Below are positions 1 through 11,351 of a stretch of 64,000 bases of DNA, in pieces. The notes under the pieces were generated by a model. It was not told the DNA's origin, searched no databases, and was given only the letters and a program-made list of their open reading frames with translations. The position numbers and the translations under genes were made by a program. Numbering within the stretch: position 1 is the first letter of the stretch; every line of letters starts with the position of its first letter. The stretch comes from Phaeosaccion multiseriatum (taxonomy: Eukaryota > Protista > Ochrophyta, other classes): assembly GCA_965112735.1 (NCBI GenBank), contig CBCOSG010000002.1, positions 44,426 to 108,425 of the forward strand, in the 5' to 3' direction.

Positions 1-79
1 GTTTATTTGAGCGAAATACAGATAATCTTGGACGTTCTGCAGTACCTTTTATTTTTCTTACTTTATTTCTTTTTCCCAT
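1..79 (-). CDS. rpl18: 50S ribosomal protein L18, 5' part (runs off window start)
   Basis: Manual translation MGKRNKVRKIKGTAERPRLSVFRSNK; follows rpl6 as in the conserved operon. Confidence 0.93.
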   Translation of the reverse strand, partial: MGKRNKVRKIKGTAERPRLSVFRSNK

Positions 80-81
80 TT

Positions 82-618
82 TTACTTACCAGTTTTTCCT
101 ACTTTTCTTTTAATAATTTCACCTTGATAAGCAATTCCTTTCCCTTTGTAAGGTTCTGGAGGTCGTTTGGAACGAATTGTTGCAGCTAACTGCCCAATTA
201 CTTCTTTATCAATACCTTGCAATTTAATAATGGTATTATTTTGCACTGTTATAGAAACTCCTGTTGGTGTTTCTATAATAACGGGGTGGCTGTAGCCTAA
301 ATTTAAAATTAATTGATTTCCTTTAACTTGGGAACGATATCCTACCCCTGTAATAACAAGTTCTTTTTCAAATTTTTCTGAAACACCTGTTACCATATTA
401 TTAACTAATGTTCGTGATAAACCAAAAAGTTCTTTTGCAGTCCTAGAATTTTCACTTTTTTTTATCCAAATGAAATCATCTTTTTGTTCTATAATAATTA
501 AAGGCGATAAAGTTCGTGATAATATTCCATGTGGTCCTGAAACTTCTATAGTCTGTTTATCAAGTTTAACTTTTACTGTTGACGGGATTTTAATGGGCAA
601 TTTTCCAATTCTAGACAT
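82..618 (-). CDS. rpl6: 50S ribosomal protein L6
   Basis: MSRIGKLPI...RPPEPYKGKGI; true ATG at 618 (the ORF track start overlaps rps8). Confidence 0.97.
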   Translation of the reverse strand: MSRIGKLPIKIPSTVKVKLDKQTIEVSGPHGILSRTLSPLIIIEQKDDFIWIKKSENSRTAKELFGLSRTLVNNMVTGVSEKFEKELVITGVGYRSQVKGNQLILNLGYSHPVIIETPTGVSITVQNNTIIKLQGIDKEVIGQLAATIRSKRPPEPYKGKGIAYQGEIIKRKVGKTGK

Positions 619-634
619 AATTAATATAAAATTT

Positions 635-1039
635 TTACCATATATAACATATAACTTCACCACCGAGTCCTAAACTTCTTGCTGTATGATTTGTCATAAC
701 TCCTTTTGAAGTTGATAAAATTGCTGTTCCTAGATTTCCAAGTACATTAGGTAAATTTTTGTGATTAACATAGATTCGAAGGCCAGGTTTACTAACCCGT
801 TTGATCATATTAATAATCGGCTGACGATTTTGTTTTTTATATTTCAACGTAATTAGTAAACATTTATGTTTTTGTTCAGCTTCTTTAATTACTTCAAACT
901 GTTCAATATAACCTTCTTCTTTTAAAATTTTAGAGATAGCTAAATTTACTTTTGTATTTAAGACTGGAACAATCCGGTGCCTTACTAAACTTGCATTCCG
1001 AATCCGTGTTAACATATCGGCAATTGTATCTGTTACCAT
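635..1039 (-). CDS. rps8: 30S ribosomal protein S8
   Basis: [13 protein letters not shown]...SKPGLRIY...GGEVICYIW. Confidence 0.98.
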   Translation of the reverse strand: MVTDTIADMLTRIRNASLVRHRIVPVLNTKVNLAISKILKEEGYIEQFEVIKEAEQKHKCLLITLKYKKQNRQPIINMIKRVSKPGLRIYVNHKNLPNVLGNLGTAILSTSKGVMTNHTARSLGLGGEVICYIW

Positions 1040-1088
1040 TTTAATCTCCTTATTTTAATATATTTTAAAATTTTTGTTTATCTATTCT

Positions 1089-1628
1089 CTAATTAAAAGG
1101 AAAACCAAATTCTTTTAATAAAGAATACCCTTCATTTTTTGTTTTTGCACTTGTTACAATTGTAATATTAAACCCACGATTTTTATCAATATTTTCATAA
1201 TTTATCTCAGGAAACACTAATTGATCCTTTAAGGCAAAATTATAATTCCCGCATTTATCAAAACCCTTAGATTCTAACCCTCGGAAATCACGAATTCTTG
1301 GTAAAACTAAATGAATTAATTTTTCTAAAAAATTAAACATTTTAGAACCACGAAGGGTCACTGTTACTCCTAAATTAGTATTTTCCCGAACTTTAAAACC
1401 GGCTATAGAATTTTTAGATTTTGTAACAACTGGTTTTTGTCCACTAATAAGTTTAATTTCTTCGATAGATTTTTTTAAAATCGAACTATTTTGAGCATCA
1501 TTTCCTAATCCACGATTAATTTGAATTTTAATTAATTTGGGAACTTGGTGTACATTTTTATAATTAAAATTAGAAATTAAATTTGGTACAATTTTTTCTT
1601 TATATATTTGTTTAAACTTAATAGCCAT
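1089..1628 (-). CDS. rpl5: 50S ribosomal protein L5
   Basis: VPKLIKIQIN, LPRIRDFRG, FPEI motifs. Confidence 0.98.
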   Translation of the reverse strand: MAIKFKQIYKEKIVPNLISNFNYKNVHQVPKLIKIQINRGLGNDAQNSSILKKSIEEIKLISGQKPVVTKSKNSIAGFKVRENTNLGVTVTLRGSKMFNFLEKLIHLVLPRIRDFRGLESKGFDKCGNYNFALKDQLVFPEINYENIDKNRGFNITIVTSAKTKNEGYSLLKEFGFPFN

Positions 1629-1654
1629 AATTATTCTTAGTATTATAAATTATT

Positions 1655-1906
1655 TTATTGGTCCCATTTTTTAACATTAGAACTATGGATAGGGTATTCT
1701 TGTATAGTTATTTTTCCTTTAACATTACCGTCCTGTTTAATTTTATTATGCTTTGTTTTTTTATTTACGCGGTCTACAATAATTTTACCAGTAGTAGGAA
1801 ATGATTGTTGTACTACACCTATTTCTCCTTTTTGTTTACCCGAAATAATTTTTACTACATCCCCATTTTTAACATGCATTTTATATACTGTACTATTTTT
1901 TTTCAT
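1655..1906 (-). CDS. rpl24: 50S ribosomal protein L24
   Basis: KOW motif GDVVKIISGKQKG and E-PIHSSNV. Confidence 0.96.
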   Translation of the reverse strand: MKKNSTVYKMHVKNGDVVKIISGKQKGEIGVVQQSFPTTGKIIVDRVNKKTKHNKIKQDGNVKGKITIQEYPIHSSNVKKWDQ

Positions 1907-2272
1907 TTAAATTACCTCAGGTGCTAAAGAAATAAGTTTTGTAAATTCTCTATCTCGAATTTCTCTTGCAATAGGGCCAAAAATTCTTGTTCCTCGAGGG
2001 TTTTTTTCTAACGTTATAATAACTACTGCGTTATCATCAAAACGGATACTTGTTCCATCATTTCTCTTAATAGTCTTTTTCGTTCTAACAACAACTGCTC
2101 GAACAATATCTGACCTTTTTACTCCCATATTAGGATTTGCATCTTTAATAACACCAATGATGACATCGCCCACTTTAGCATATTTTCGATTTCCGCCTAA
2201 AACCCGGATACACATAATTTTTTTTGCGCCTGTATTATCCGCTACTGTTAGATATGATTGAGGTTGTATCAT
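1907..2272 (-). CDS. rpl14: 50S ribosomal protein L14
   Basis: [17 protein letters not shown]...SLAPEVI. Confidence 0.99.
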   Translation of the reverse strand: MIQPQSYLTVADNTGAKKIMCIRVLGGNRKYAKVGDVIIGVIKDANPNMGVKRSDIVRAVVVRTKKTIKRNDGTSIRFDDNAVVIITLEKNPRGTRIFGPIAREIRDREFTKLISLAPEVI

Positions 2273-2313
2273 GTAAAGTTTTCTAGAATTTAAATATTTA
2301 TAAAAAAGTTGTA

Positions 2314-2562
2314 TTACGTTATTAGTTTAGTCAGAATTGTTTTTACTTGCCATCTTTTTCTTTTACTTAAAGGTCGACTTTGTTGTAATATAACTTTATC
2401 TCCTATACTACATTCATTTAACTCATCGTGGGCCATATATTTTTTTGTTCGAAGGATTGTTTTTTTATAAAAAGGGTGATGATAGTGATAATCAATTGCA
2501 ACTATAACACTTTTATTCATTTTATTACTAATAATAATACCTGTTTGTTCTTTTTGGGCCAT
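2314..2562 (-). CDS. rps17: 30S ribosomal protein S17
   Basis: [21 protein letters not shown]. Confidence 0.97.
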   Translation of the reverse strand: MAQKEQTGIIISNKMNKSVIVAIDYHYHHPFYKKTILRTKKYMAHDELNECSIGDKVILQQSRPLSKRKRWQVKTILTKLIT

Positions 2563-2565
2563 AAT

Positions 2566-2781
2566 TTATTTTTTTAAACTATTTTTGGATGTTTGTTGTG
2601 CTGCAACCATTAATACTTGGCGTAATCTATGGCGCGTATGTTTAAATAAATGAGATTTTAGTTCTTTACGCGTACCTTTTTTAAATCTTAATTTAAACAA
2701 CTGTTCTCTGACTAATAAAATTTCTTTCTGAAGTTCTATTAAATTTAAGTTCTCAACTTCTTTTATTTTTGGCAAACTCAT
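2566..2781 (-). CDS. rpl29: 50S ribosomal protein L29
   Basis: LFKLRFKK...HLFKHTRHRLRQ; operon position. Confidence 0.93.
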   Translation of the reverse strand: MSLPKIKEVENLNLIELQKEILLVREQLFKLRFKKGTRKELKSHLFKHTRHRLRQVLMVAAQQTSKNSLKK

Positions 2782-2799
2782 ATAAAATTATTTAGGTTC

Positions 2800-3207
2800 T
2801 TAATTTTTTACAATAAACTTTGTTTTAATTGGCAATTTATAAGCAGCGGTTAGCATTGCATTTTTAGCTAATTCTAATGAAACACCACTTAGTTCAAATA
2901 ATATTTTACCAGGTTTAACTACAGCTACCCAATATTCAACTGAACCTTTTCCGGAACCCATTCTTGATTCAGCAGCTCGGGCTGTAACAGGTTTATCTGG
3001 AAAAACCATAATCCAAAGTTTTCCACCACGTTTTGTATATCTTGTTATTGTTCGGCGAGTTGCTTCAATTTGACGTGACGTTATCCAAGTTGGTTCTAAT
3101 GCTTGAATAGCATAATCACCAAAATTTATTTTTGTCCCACGTGTTGCTTTTCCTCTTAAATTTCCTCGATGATGTTTCCTATATTTTGTTCTTTTTGGAC
3201 TTAGCAT
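2800..3207 (-). CDS. rpl16: 50S ribosomal protein L16
   Basis: [22 protein letters not shown]. Confidence 0.99.
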   Translation of the reverse strand: MLSPKRTKYRKHHRGNLRGKATRGTKINFGDYAIQALEPTWITSRQIEATRRTITRYTKRGGKLWIMVFPDKPVTARAAESRMGSGKGSVEYWVAVVKPGKILFELSGVSLELAKNAMLTAAYKLPIKTKFIVKN

Positions 3208-3234
3208 ATTAATTTTTAAATAAATAAAATGTAT

Positions 3235-3921
3235 TTATGATCCTAGTTTTTTGATATTTAAAATTTCTCCTTTAAATAACCATACCTTTACCCCTAAAAT
3301 ACCATATTTTGTTGGGGCTATTTTTTCAGTATAATCAATTTGTGCCCTTAAAGTCTGTAAAGGAATACGACCTTCTTTGCGCCACTCCGTTCTTGCAATT
3401 TCAGCACCATTTAGCCGTCCAGATATTTGTATTTTAATACCTTGAACACTAGGAGAAACATTTTTAATAATTAATTTCATTGCTCTACGGAATGGGGTTT
3501 GTTTTGTTAATTCTTGGACTAACATATCGCCAACCATATTAGCTTCTACAAATTTCTCTTTTACCTCATTCACAAAAATTCTCAAACTAGGAATCTCTAT
3601 AGTACTTTGTAATCGTTTATATAGCTCTTGTATACCACTCCCATTTCGACCAATAAATTTTCCGGGTGATGATAATTCAATAGAAACAATAATTTCATCA
3701 TCATTTGTTCTTACAATTAAAATTTTATTTAAACCTACCTTATCAAAACCTCGTTTTTCTAGGTCGAAATTTTTGAATTCTAAATAGTCTTGGGTTATTT
3801 TTCTGATTTTAAAATCTTCTTGAATTAATTTAGAGTAAACCGTTAGTTTTGAATACCAAGACGAATAGTGTTGTTGCGTTATTCCAAGTCTAAATCCTAA
3901 TGGATGTGTTTTATGTCCCAC
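3235..3921 (-). CDS. rps3: 30S ribosomal protein S3 (GTG start)
   Basis: GHKTHPLGFRLG, SGRLNGAEIAR, GRIPLQTLRA. Confidence 0.98.
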   Translation of the reverse strand: MGHKTHPLGFRLGITQQHYSSWYSKLTVYSKLIQEDFKIRKITQDYLEFKNFDLEKRGFDKVGLNKILIVRTNDDEIIVSIELSSPGKFIGRNGSGIQELYKRLQSTIEIPSLRIFVNEVKEKFVEANMVGDMLVQELTKQTPFRRAMKLIIKNVSPSVQGIKIQISGRLNGAEIARTEWRKEGRIPLQTLRAQIDYTEKIAPTKYGILGVKVWLFKGEILNIKKLGS

Positions 3922-3938
3922 AATATTTTTATATTAAA

Positions 3939-4289
3939 TTAATAATTTCTAGTATTCATAATTATTGTAATATGGCACGTTGGTCTACGAATTTGAAATC
4001 CTCTGCCTTTTGCACGTGGTCTTACACGACGTAAAATAGGGCCTTGGTCGGCAAAAGCTGTTTCAATTATTAAATTTTGTTTTTTTAATGAAAAATTATT
4101 TTCAGCGTTTGAGGCCGCAGCAGTTAGAATTTGCCAAATTGGTGTACAAGCACGATATGGTAAAAATTCTAGTATCATTAATGCTTCTTTATATGAGCGT
4201 CCTCTAATTTGATCTAATACACGGCGAACTTTCATTGGCGATATTCTTAAAAATCTACTGCTGGCTTTTACTTGTATGTTGTTGTTCAT
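3939..4289 (-). CDS. rpl22: 50S ribosomal protein L22
   Basis: [23 protein letters not shown]. Confidence 0.98.
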   Translation of the reverse strand: MNNNIQVKASSRFLRISPMKVRRVLDQIRGRSYKEALMILEFLPYRACTPIWQILTAAASNAENNFSLKKQNLIIETAFADQGPILRRVRPRAKGRGFQIRRPTCHITIIMNTRNY

Positions 4290-4301
4290 ATATTTTTAAT
4301 A

Positions 4302-4592
4302 CTATCGTTTAGTTTTTCTGTCATTTTTAATATGGGAACGAAAATTTCTTGTGGGAATAAATTCCCCTAATTTATGTCCTATAATTTGTTCTGAGATAAA
4401 AAGAGGTACATGTTTCTTTCCGTTATATACAGCAATTGTATGTCCAATCATATTTGGCATAATAACAGACGAGCGTGACCAAGTTTTAATCACTTCTCTT
4501 TTTTTATTTTTTTCTGTATTTTTATTTAGTTTTTCAATTTTTTGTAGAAGATGGTAAGCTATAAAAGGTCCCTTTTTTTGTGATCTAACCAT
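4302..4592 (-). CDS. rps19: 30S ribosomal protein S19
   Basis: [21 protein letters not shown]. Confidence 0.98.
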   Translation of the reverse strand: MVRSQKKGPFIAYHLLQKIEKLNKNTEKNKKREVIKTWSRSSVIMPNMIGHTIAVYNGKKHVPLFISEQIIGHKLGEFIPTRNFRSHIKNDRKTKR

Positions 4593-4606
4593 AATTTATT
4601 TAATTT

Positions 4607-5434
4607 TTATTTTCTTTTTCGAAGGATATAAATATCACTATATTTATTTTTTTTACGAGTTCGAACTCCTAAAGCAGCTTTACCCCAAGGTGTATAAGGT
4701 TTTGTTCGACCAATCGGAGCACGTCCTTCTCCGCCACCATGAGGGTGGTCACACGCATTCATAACAGAACCACGTACAGTGGGACGAATACCTAACCACC
4801 TCTTTCTTCCAGCTTTACCTAATCTAACACTAGCAATTTCTCGGTTGCCTACTACTCCAATAGTAGCAGAGCATGTATTTCGAATTAATCGAATTTCTTT
4901 AGAAGGAAGCCGTAATGTAACATAATTTCCATCTTTAGCTAAAATTCGTGCTGAAGTTCCAGCTGCTCTGACAATTTGACCACCTTTATTTGGAAAAAGT
5001 TCAATATTATGGATGTTTATTCCTAATGGTATATTTTTTAATGGTAAATTATTTCCAGTTTTAATAGGCGAGGATGGTCCTGATTCAATAAAATCATTTA
5101 TTTTTAAAGATTCCGGACAAATAATATAACGTTTTACCCCATCCCGGTATTTAACCAAAGCAATACGAGCATTTCGATTAGGATCATATTCAATTGATAC
5201 TATTTGTCCCGTAATATTATATTTGTCTCGTTTAAAGTCAATAACCCTATAACGTTTTTTATGTCCGCCACCTTTATGGCGGGAAGTAATAACACCTCTA
5301 TTATTTCGACCTCTTGAACGTTGATTTTTTTTTAATAGTTTTTTTTCCGGATTTATTTTAGTAAGTTCAGTAAACGTTAACTTCCTACGATTTCTAGTTC
5401 CTGAAGTCGAAGGTTTACATATACAAATTGCCAT
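4607..5434 (-). CDS. rpl2: 50S ribosomal protein L2
   Basis: [19 protein letters not shown]. Confidence 0.99.
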   Translation of the reverse strand: MAICICKPSTSGTRNRRKLTFTELTKINPEKKLLKKNQRSRGRNNRGVITSRHKGGGHKKRYRVIDFKRDKYNITGQIVSIEYDPNRNARIALVKYRDGVKRYIICPESLKINDFIESGPSSPIKTGNNLPLKNIPLGINIHNIELFPNKGGQIVRAAGTSARILAKDGNYVTLRLPSKEIRLIRNTCSATIGVVGNREIASVRLGKAGRKRWLGIRPTVRGSVMNACDHPHGGGEGRAPIGRTKPYTPWGKAALGVRTRKKNKYSDIYILRKRK

Positions 5435-5465
5435 AACTTTTAATTTTGCCTTTTAAAAAAATAAA

Positions 5466-5762
5466 TTAGTTGTCAAATAAATTAATAATATTTCCTTTAG
5501 CTAATTTGACAATAGCTTTTTTATATCTAGGTTTTACTCCGTAAAAACCATTTCGAGGAGCTTTTTTTTCAGGTAAACGACATGTATTAATTTTTATAAC
5601 TTTTACCTGGAATAAAAATTCAATTGTCTGCTTTATGATTGGTTTGGTTGTTTTTGGATCAACTATAAATGTATATTGATTATTTTCAACTAGTTGAATA
5701 GCTTTTTGAGTTATCAATGGGTACTTTATTGATTCAATCTGTAAATATTTTCTTATTTTCAT
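5466..5762 (-). CDS. rpl23: 50S ribosomal protein L23
   Basis: KYPLITQKA, YKKAIVKL. Confidence 0.96.
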   Translation of the reverse strand: MKIRKYLQIESIKYPLITQKAIQLVENNQYTFIVDPKTTKPIIKQTIEFLFQVKVIKINTCRLPEKKAPRNGFYGVKPRYKKAIVKLAKGNIINLFDN

Positions 5763-5763
5763 A

Positions 5764-6420
5764 TCAATTATTGTATAATTCTTGAATTGTTTTTAAACTG
5801 CTTAACATAATTATTAATTGTTTAGATAATACTAAATCTTTTATATTTAATTTATCCGAAGGAATTAGTGTTATATTTTTTAAATTTTTTGTGGCTATAC
5901 GCATATTACTAGTATCGTAGTCTTTTGGCAGAATAATTCCAATCTTATTAGATAAATTGATTTTTAAATCTAATGTTCGAATCATATTTAAAAAATCTTT
6001 TGTTTTTTTTGTTGGAAGAACAAAATCTTCAACTAATTGAATTTGGTTTTGTTTCTTAAATAAAGTTAATCTTAAAGCCAATCTTAGTTCTTTCCGGTTT
6101 AATTTACAATTATATTTTCTAGGTTTTGGACCAAAAGAAACTCCACCACCGTTCCAAAGAGGAGATCGAGTTGACCCAGCTCTAGCCTGGCCCGTTCCTT
6201 TCTGCTTCCAAGGTTTACGGCCCCCACCTCTAACCTCTGATCTAGTCTTTGAACTTGCTGTACCTTGTCTTTGGTTTTTTAATTGATTTTGAAATGCACG
6301 ATGAATTATATAATTTGTTGTATTATCAGAGGTGTCTTTTGCATAATTTGCTTTAATTTGTAAAGCTAAATTTAACTTTTCCCCGTTTTCTTTTCTAATC
6401 TCAAGGTCTGTTTTTATCAT
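5764..6420 (-). CDS. rpl4: 50S ribosomal protein L4
   Basis: [25 protein letters not shown]. Confidence 0.98.
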   Translation of the reverse strand: MIKTDLEIRKENGEKLNLALQIKANYAKDTSDNTTNYIIHRAFQNQLKNQRQGTASSKTRSEVRGGGRKPWKQKGTGQARAGSTRSPLWNGGGVSFGPKPRKYNCKLNRKELRLALRLTLFKKQNQIQLVEDFVLPTKKTKDFLNMIRTLDLKINLSNKIGIILPKDYDTSNMRIATKNLKNITLIPSDKLNIKDLVLSKQLIIMLSSLKTIQELYNN

Positions 6421-7043
6421 AATTTCGATGAAATAATATTAATTAAATTACCCGGTTTTCCTGGAATACTTCCTTTAATAATTAAAAGGTTTTGTTTATG
6501 GTTAATACCTAAAATTTTTAATTTAGAAACGGTTGAATTGCTTCCTCCTAGGTGGCCGGCCATTTTTTTTCCAGGAAAAATACGTCCTGGTGTAGTACCT
6601 GCTCCAATTGAACCTGGAGCACGATGGTTCTTAGAACCGTGACTCATAGGACCTCGTTTAAAATTATGACGTTTTTGATTACCACTAAAGCCTTTACCTA
6701 CACTTTTACCGGTTACATCAAGTAATTGACCCACCTTAAAATTTTCTATATTAAGGTGTTGACCTAAAGAAAAATCTTCTGTGTTAGAAACACGATATTC
6801 CTTTAAAAAAGCAAGTGGAGGAGAATTTGTTTTTTTTAAATGTCCTAATTGAGCTTTAGTTAATTTCTTTTTATTTACCTCAGAATAGCCAATTTGAATT
6901 GCATCATAATTGTCCTTTGATTTAGTTTTTATTTGCGTAATAATGCAGGGTCCAACTTGAATCACGGTTACAGGAATCGCTAATCCTTCCTCAGTAAAAA
7001 TTTGAGTGATCCCGATTTTATTGCCAAATAGTCCAATAGACAC
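6417..7043 (-). CDS. rpl3: 50S ribosomal protein L3 (GTG start)
   Basis: [28 protein letters not shown]. Confidence 0.98.
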   Translation of the reverse strand: MSIGLFGNKIGITQIFTEEGLAIPVTVIQVGPCIITQIKTKSKDNYDAIQIGYSEVNKKKLTKAQLGHLKKTNSPPLAFLKEYRVSNTEDFSLGQHLNIENFKVGQLLDVTGKSVGKGFSGNQKRHNFKRGPMSHGSKNHRAPGSIGAGTTPGRIFPGKKMAGHLGGSNSTVSKLKILGINHKQNLLIIKGSIPGKPGNLINIISSKL

Positions 7044-7299
7044 AATTATTTATACCCCGCTTTTTACAATAAATTAAAATTTTATTTATCTTGTCTAATG
7101 AAATTTATAATTTTTACTATAAATCCAGTCTACTTTTTAATCTTAAATAGTAAGACGACTGTAACTTTGTTTGACTTTTGATGTCCAGTGATAACAATTT
7201 ACTGTAGTTAATAATAAAAAATATAAATAGGATGAAAAATGTATTGACTAAAAAGGAAATTTATAATACATTATATCTAACAATAAAAAAAATTATATT

Positions 7300-8304
7300 A
7301 TGACTCTACTAATTATAGGAGGTACTGGTACTTTAGGTAGACAACTAGTACGCAAAGCTTTAGCAAAAGGATTGAAAGTAAGATGTATAGTTAGAAATAA
7401 ACAAAATGCAAATTATTTAGAGAAATGGGGGGCGGAATTAGTTTATGGTGACTTATCTTTACCTGAGACATTAGTTCTTTCTTTTCAAGGAGTTACATCG
7501 GTTATTGACGTCTCTACTACTCGTCCAGAAGATGAAAATAATATGTTTGATATTGATTGGCTAGGAAAATTAATTTTAATCGAGTTGGCAAAACGGGTTA
7601 ATGTGAAGCATTTCATTTTTTTTTCAATTTTTAACGCCGAAAAATATTTATACATTTCGTTAATGAGAATGAAAGCTAATATTGAAAATGTTTTAAAAAA
7701 TTCAGGCGTACCTTATACAATTTTTCAATGTGGTGGATTTTATCAAGCTTTAATTGATCAATATGCTATTCCTGTAATAGAACAAAAACCCATTTGGATA
7801 ACAAAAGAAGCTACACCAGTTTCTTATATCGATACACAGGATGCAGCACTTTTTTGTCTTAAAAGTTTATCGATTGAAAAAACAAAAAATTGTACCTTTT
7901 TTCTAGGAGTTGAAAATTCTTGGCTTTCACAAAATATAATTACTTTATGTGAACAACTTTCTGGTCAAAAAGCTGTAATTCAATTTGTTCCTTTATTTGT
8001 TGTAAGACTTGTTAGACAGATTACAGGTTTTTTTAGTTGGAGTTCAAAAATTAGCGATCGTTTAGCTTTTATTGAAGTTTTAATCGATAATGCTAAATTT
8101 GTTTCTTCAGTTTCTATATTGTATAAAACTTTTGATATCAAATCAGATGAATTACTACCATTAGAAGAATATCTTAGACAATATTTTGAATTAATTGTAG
8201 TTACTTTAGAGAAATTTCATGTAGGTAAAAATATGACACCAAAAGATCTGGTTAAGATGCGTATTCCAGAAGATTCCCGTATGGATTATAAAATTAAATT
8301 TTAG
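7300..8304 (+). CDS. ycf39: Ycf39 (NmrA/SDR-like PSII assembly factor)
   Basis: MTLLIIGGTGTLGRQLVRKAL Rossmann start, WGAELVYGDL. Confidence 0.95.
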   Translation: MTLLIIGGTGTLGRQLVRKALAKGLKVRCIVRNKQNANYLEKWGAELVYGDLSLPETLVLSFQGVTSVIDVSTTRPEDENNMFDIDWLGKLILIELAKRVNVKHFIFFSIFNAEKYLYISLMRMKANIENVLKNSGVPYTIFQCGGFYQALIDQYAIPVIEQKPIWITKEATPVSYIDTQDAALFCLKSLSIEKTKNCTFFLGVENSWLSQNIITLCEQLSGQKAVIQFVPLFVVRLVRQITGFFSWSSKISDRLAFIEVLIDNAKFVSSVSILYKTFDIKSDELLPLEEYLRQYFELIVVTLEKFHVGKNMTPKDLVKMRIPEDSRMDYKIKF

Positions 8305-8434
8305 ATTCAAAAATACTTATAACTTTAGCTTAAACTAAACTTGTGAGTACAAAACATTAAAGAATCTTGTAGAATAAAATCTAATTATAAAATTTTATAA
8401 TGAAATTGATTATCCAAAAATTAATTTGTAAAAC

Positions 8435-8458
8435 TCTAATACTTAATTAAGTATTAGA
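8435..8458. terminator. 24-bp perfect palindrome between convergent ycf39 and rpl12
   Basis: TCTAATACTTAA/TTAAGTATTAGA. Confidence 0.6.
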
Positions 8459-8521
8459 ATCTAGTAAACTAACTAAATTATGTAAGAAAAAATTTCTAAC
8501 ACTATATTTTTTTAGATTTAT

Positions 8522-8917
8522 TTATTTTATAGCTACTTTACCACCAGCTGCTTCTAATTGTTTTTTTAAATCATCCGCTGTTTCTTTTGGAACACCTTCT
8601 TTTAAAGTTTTAGGGGCGCTTTCTACTAAATCTTTAGCTTCTTTTAAACCTAATCCTGTTACTGTACGTACTACTTTTAAAATAGCAATTTTCTTATCCG
8701 CCGGTACTTCTTCAAGTATTATATCAAATTCTGTTTTTTCATCTGAAGCCGCTTTATCTCCAGCTCCATCTGCACCCGAATTCATGACCATCATGCCCCC
8801 ACTAACTGAGGATGCATCAACATTAAAAGTTTCTTCAATTTTTTCAACTAATTGAGATGCTTCTAATAACGTTAATTCTTTTAAACTCTCAATTATAGGA
8901 CTAAGTTTTTCACTCAT
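8522..8917 (-). CDS. rpl12: 50S ribosomal protein L12
   Basis: [20 protein letters not shown]. Confidence 0.98.
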   Translation of the reverse strand: MSEKLSPIIESLKELTLLEASQLVEKIEETFNVDASSVSGGMMVMNSGADGAGDKAASDEKTEFDIILEEVPADKKIAILKVVRTVTGLGLKEAKDLVESAPKTLKEGVPKETADDLKKQLEAAGGKVAIK

Positions 8918-8966
8918 ATTTTTTGTTGGTTAAGTTTTTCTCTTTTAATAAACTAAACTTTAAAAA

Positions 8967-9671
8967 TTATTCCAAAACTAAATTTTTAAATTCACTAATA
9001 TCTAAACGAATAGATGGTCCCATTGTATTACAAATATGAAAGTTTTTAAAATATTTACCTTTAACCCCAGTAGGTTTATTTTTTTCAATAGATTGGTATA
9101 CAGAAATTAAATTTTCTAATAGATCTGTTTCTGTAAAATTTGTTTTACCAAAAGTTAAATGAACAATTCCTGTTCTATCTGCTCTATATTCAAGTTTACC
9201 TCGTTTAAATTCATTTAATGTTGTCATTATATCCGTTGTAACTGTTCCAGCCTTTGGCGAGGGCATTAAACCTTTAGGTCCTAATACTCTTCCTAACTTG
9301 GCAAGTTTTGGCATCATTTCGGGAGTAGATATTAGAATATCAAAATCAAATTTATCTTTTGTAATTAAATTTAATAAATCATCTGACCCTACAATATCAG
9401 CTAGTTCTGAATATTGGGGTAAAATTTTAGTTTCTTGAACAAGAAGAGCAATTTTTTTAGTTTTTCCCGTTCCTTTGGGTAAAATTAAAGTACTTCTTAA
9501 TTGTTGATCACTATACCTAGGGTTAATATTTAAGGTAATATGGGCCTCTACTGATTCAGTAAATTTAGCAGTAGCAGTTTCTTTAATAAGACTAATACTT
9601 TCTTGCGGTGAATATGATGATTTTACAATTTTTGCATTAAGATTATTTTTTCGTTGGGAAATTTTTGGCAT
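8967..9671 (-). CDS. rpl1: 50S ribosomal protein L1
   Basis: LGRVLGPKGLMPSPKAGTV, TMGPS. Confidence 0.98.
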   Translation of the reverse strand: MPKISQRKNNLNAKIVKSSYSPQESISLIKETATAKFTESVEAHITLNINPRYSDQQLRSTLILPKGTGKTKKIALLVQETKILPQYSELADIVGSDDLLNLITKDKFDFDILISTPEMMPKLAKLGRVLGPKGLMPSPKAGTVTTDIMTTLNEFKRGKLEYRADRTGIVHLTFGKTNFTETDLLENLISVYQSIEKNKPTGVKGKYFKNFHICNTMGPSIRLDISEFKNLVLE

Positions 9672-9708
9672 AATAATTTTTCTTATTCTAATATATTATT
9701 TAAGTTAT

Positions 9709-10134
9709 TTATTCACTAATTGTAATACCCATATTTTTGGCAGTTCCTGCTACTATTTTAACAGCACTTTCTAAACTAATTGTATTCAGATCAGGTAATT
9801 TAATTTTTGCAATATCTTCCAACTGTTCTTTAGTAATAGAAGCTACAATAATTTTATTAGGTTCAGAAGAACCTTTTTTAATTTTAGCGGCTTTAATTAA
9901 TAGAACAGAAGCAGGAGGAGTTTTTAAGATAAAAGAATATGAACGATCTTCATAAACTGAAATTTCTACTGGGATTATTAGATCTCCTTTATCAGCTGTC
10001 TTTTCATTATATTCTTTACAGAATGCTGCGATATTAACGCCATGTTGACTTAAGGCTGGCCCAACGGGAGGTGCTGGAATAGCTTTACCAGCTTTTAAAG
10101 CTAACTTGATAAGAGCAGAAATTTTTTTGGCCAT
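9709..10134 (-). CDS. rpl11: 50S ribosomal protein L11
   Basis: [19 protein letters not shown]. Confidence 0.98.
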   Translation of the reverse strand: MAKKISALIKLALKAGKAIPAPPVGPALSQHGVNIAAFCKEYNEKTADKGDLIIPVEISVYEDRSYSFILKTPPASVLLIKAAKIKKGSSEPNKIIVASITKEQLEDIAKIKLPDLNTISLESAVKIVAGTAKNMGITISE

Positions 10135-10239
10135 AGTTTGTTTAGTATTTAATTTAATAAAATTATTCTATATTTAAAATCCTACCTATAGGTATACCTT
10201 AAAATTGTTTTGTTTACTAGAGATAAAATTATTCAATAT

Positions 10240-10312
10240 CACGCCTTGAAGGACTTGAACCCTCGACATTAGGTTTTGGAGACCTACGTTCTACCAACTG
10301 AACTAAAGACGC
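10240..10312 (-). tRNA. trnW: tRNA-Trp(CCA)
   Basis: Cloverleaf with anticodon loop CTCCAAA and GTTCAAGT T-loop. Confidence 0.95.
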
Positions 10313-10432
10313 GCACACTAGAAGTTAGTACAAAGTTTAGACCTGCTTACAAATAATTGCAAAAATGTGCTGCTTTTTATTAAAACCTGACACGTTGTAT
10401 TTACATTTTTGTACAGATCTAAACCGTATTTT

Positions 10433-10462
10433 ATTATAAACAAAAAGTTGATTAAATGTCAA
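10433..10462 (-). promoter_or_regulatory. sigma70-type promoter for trnW-rpl11
   Basis: TTGACA-N18-TATAAT on the minus strand, exact consensus hexamers. Confidence 0.65.
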
Positions 10463-10470
10463 TATTATAT

Positions 10471-10599
10471 TTAAAAACTTGGAAAAGTTAAAGCGTCGGG
10501 ATAAAAACGATTCACTTCAATTATAAATCCTGCTGTAAAAGTCATCCATGCAGCTAATAAAACGGGTGCCATGGTAAGATATTTTAAAAAATTACTCAT
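10471..10599 (-). CDS. psaJ: Photosystem I subunit IX
   Basis: Manual translation [42 protein letters not shown]. Confidence 0.96.
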   Translation of the reverse strand: MSNFLKYLTMAPVLLAAWMTFTAGFIIEVNRFYPDALTFPSF

Positions 10600-10671
10600 T
10601 TAAATCAATTCCTTAAATATTTATTTATTGTTAAATGAAGATAAATATGGAAATTTAGAATACTTAAAATT

Positions 10672-11229
10672 CTATCTAGGAGAAATAGTAATTTCAGAAG
10701 AATCTGCTAATAAATCACCAGTAATGTACTCTTTCCAAGCAGAAACTGGCCAAATAAATCCACTAGACATAATTGTCAATGCTAATGGAACATCAATAAG
10801 AATTTCTTGTTGTGTAGGATTTGCAGTAGTACTAACCGTACGTATATATTTTCGTCCAACCCAACCAATCCAGCCAGTAATATAAAGAAATACAATTCCA
10901 GGAATTAAAAATTCTGCAGCATGACTCCATCTTCCATCTGTAATTAAATGGGGCAATCCATCTTTACCACAAAGTAATCCTGAGTGTGAATACCGATCAA
11001 ATCTTACTTTAGTACGTTCAATTTGTTGTTCTAAAGCTAATGCCGGTGGAGAATTAGGTTCATATTTTTTTACTCGTCCTTCCAGTTTTTTAATACTAGT
11101 ATTTAACCGTTTAGAAAATACAGTTGATTCATTACAAGGTGTCAAATTTGCTACATCTGCGAATACAAAATTTGGCATGGTAATGCAACAAGTAAAAAAA
11201 ACAAAACAAAATTTCTTAAAAATCGTCAT
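10672..11229 (-). CDS. psaF: Photosystem I subunit III
   Basis: [26 protein letters not shown]. Confidence 0.98.
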   Translation of the reverse strand: MTIFKKFCFVFFTCCITMPNFVFADVANLTPCNESTVFSKRLNTSIKKLEGRVKKYEPNSPPALALEQQIERTKVRFDRYSHSGLLCGKDGLPHLITDGRWSHAAEFLIPGIVFLYITGWIGWVGRKYIRTVSTTANPTQQEILIDVPLALTIMSSGFIWPVSAWKEYITGDLLADSSEITISPR

Positions 11230-11351
11230 TTCTCTAATTTTTTTTTTATATTAGGTTTAATAAAAAGCGCCGTAAAATAAATGTATTAAATTTTATTTTT
11301 CGTTTAATCCAAAACTATTTTACTTATTTATTCTATTAAGAAAAAGTAATT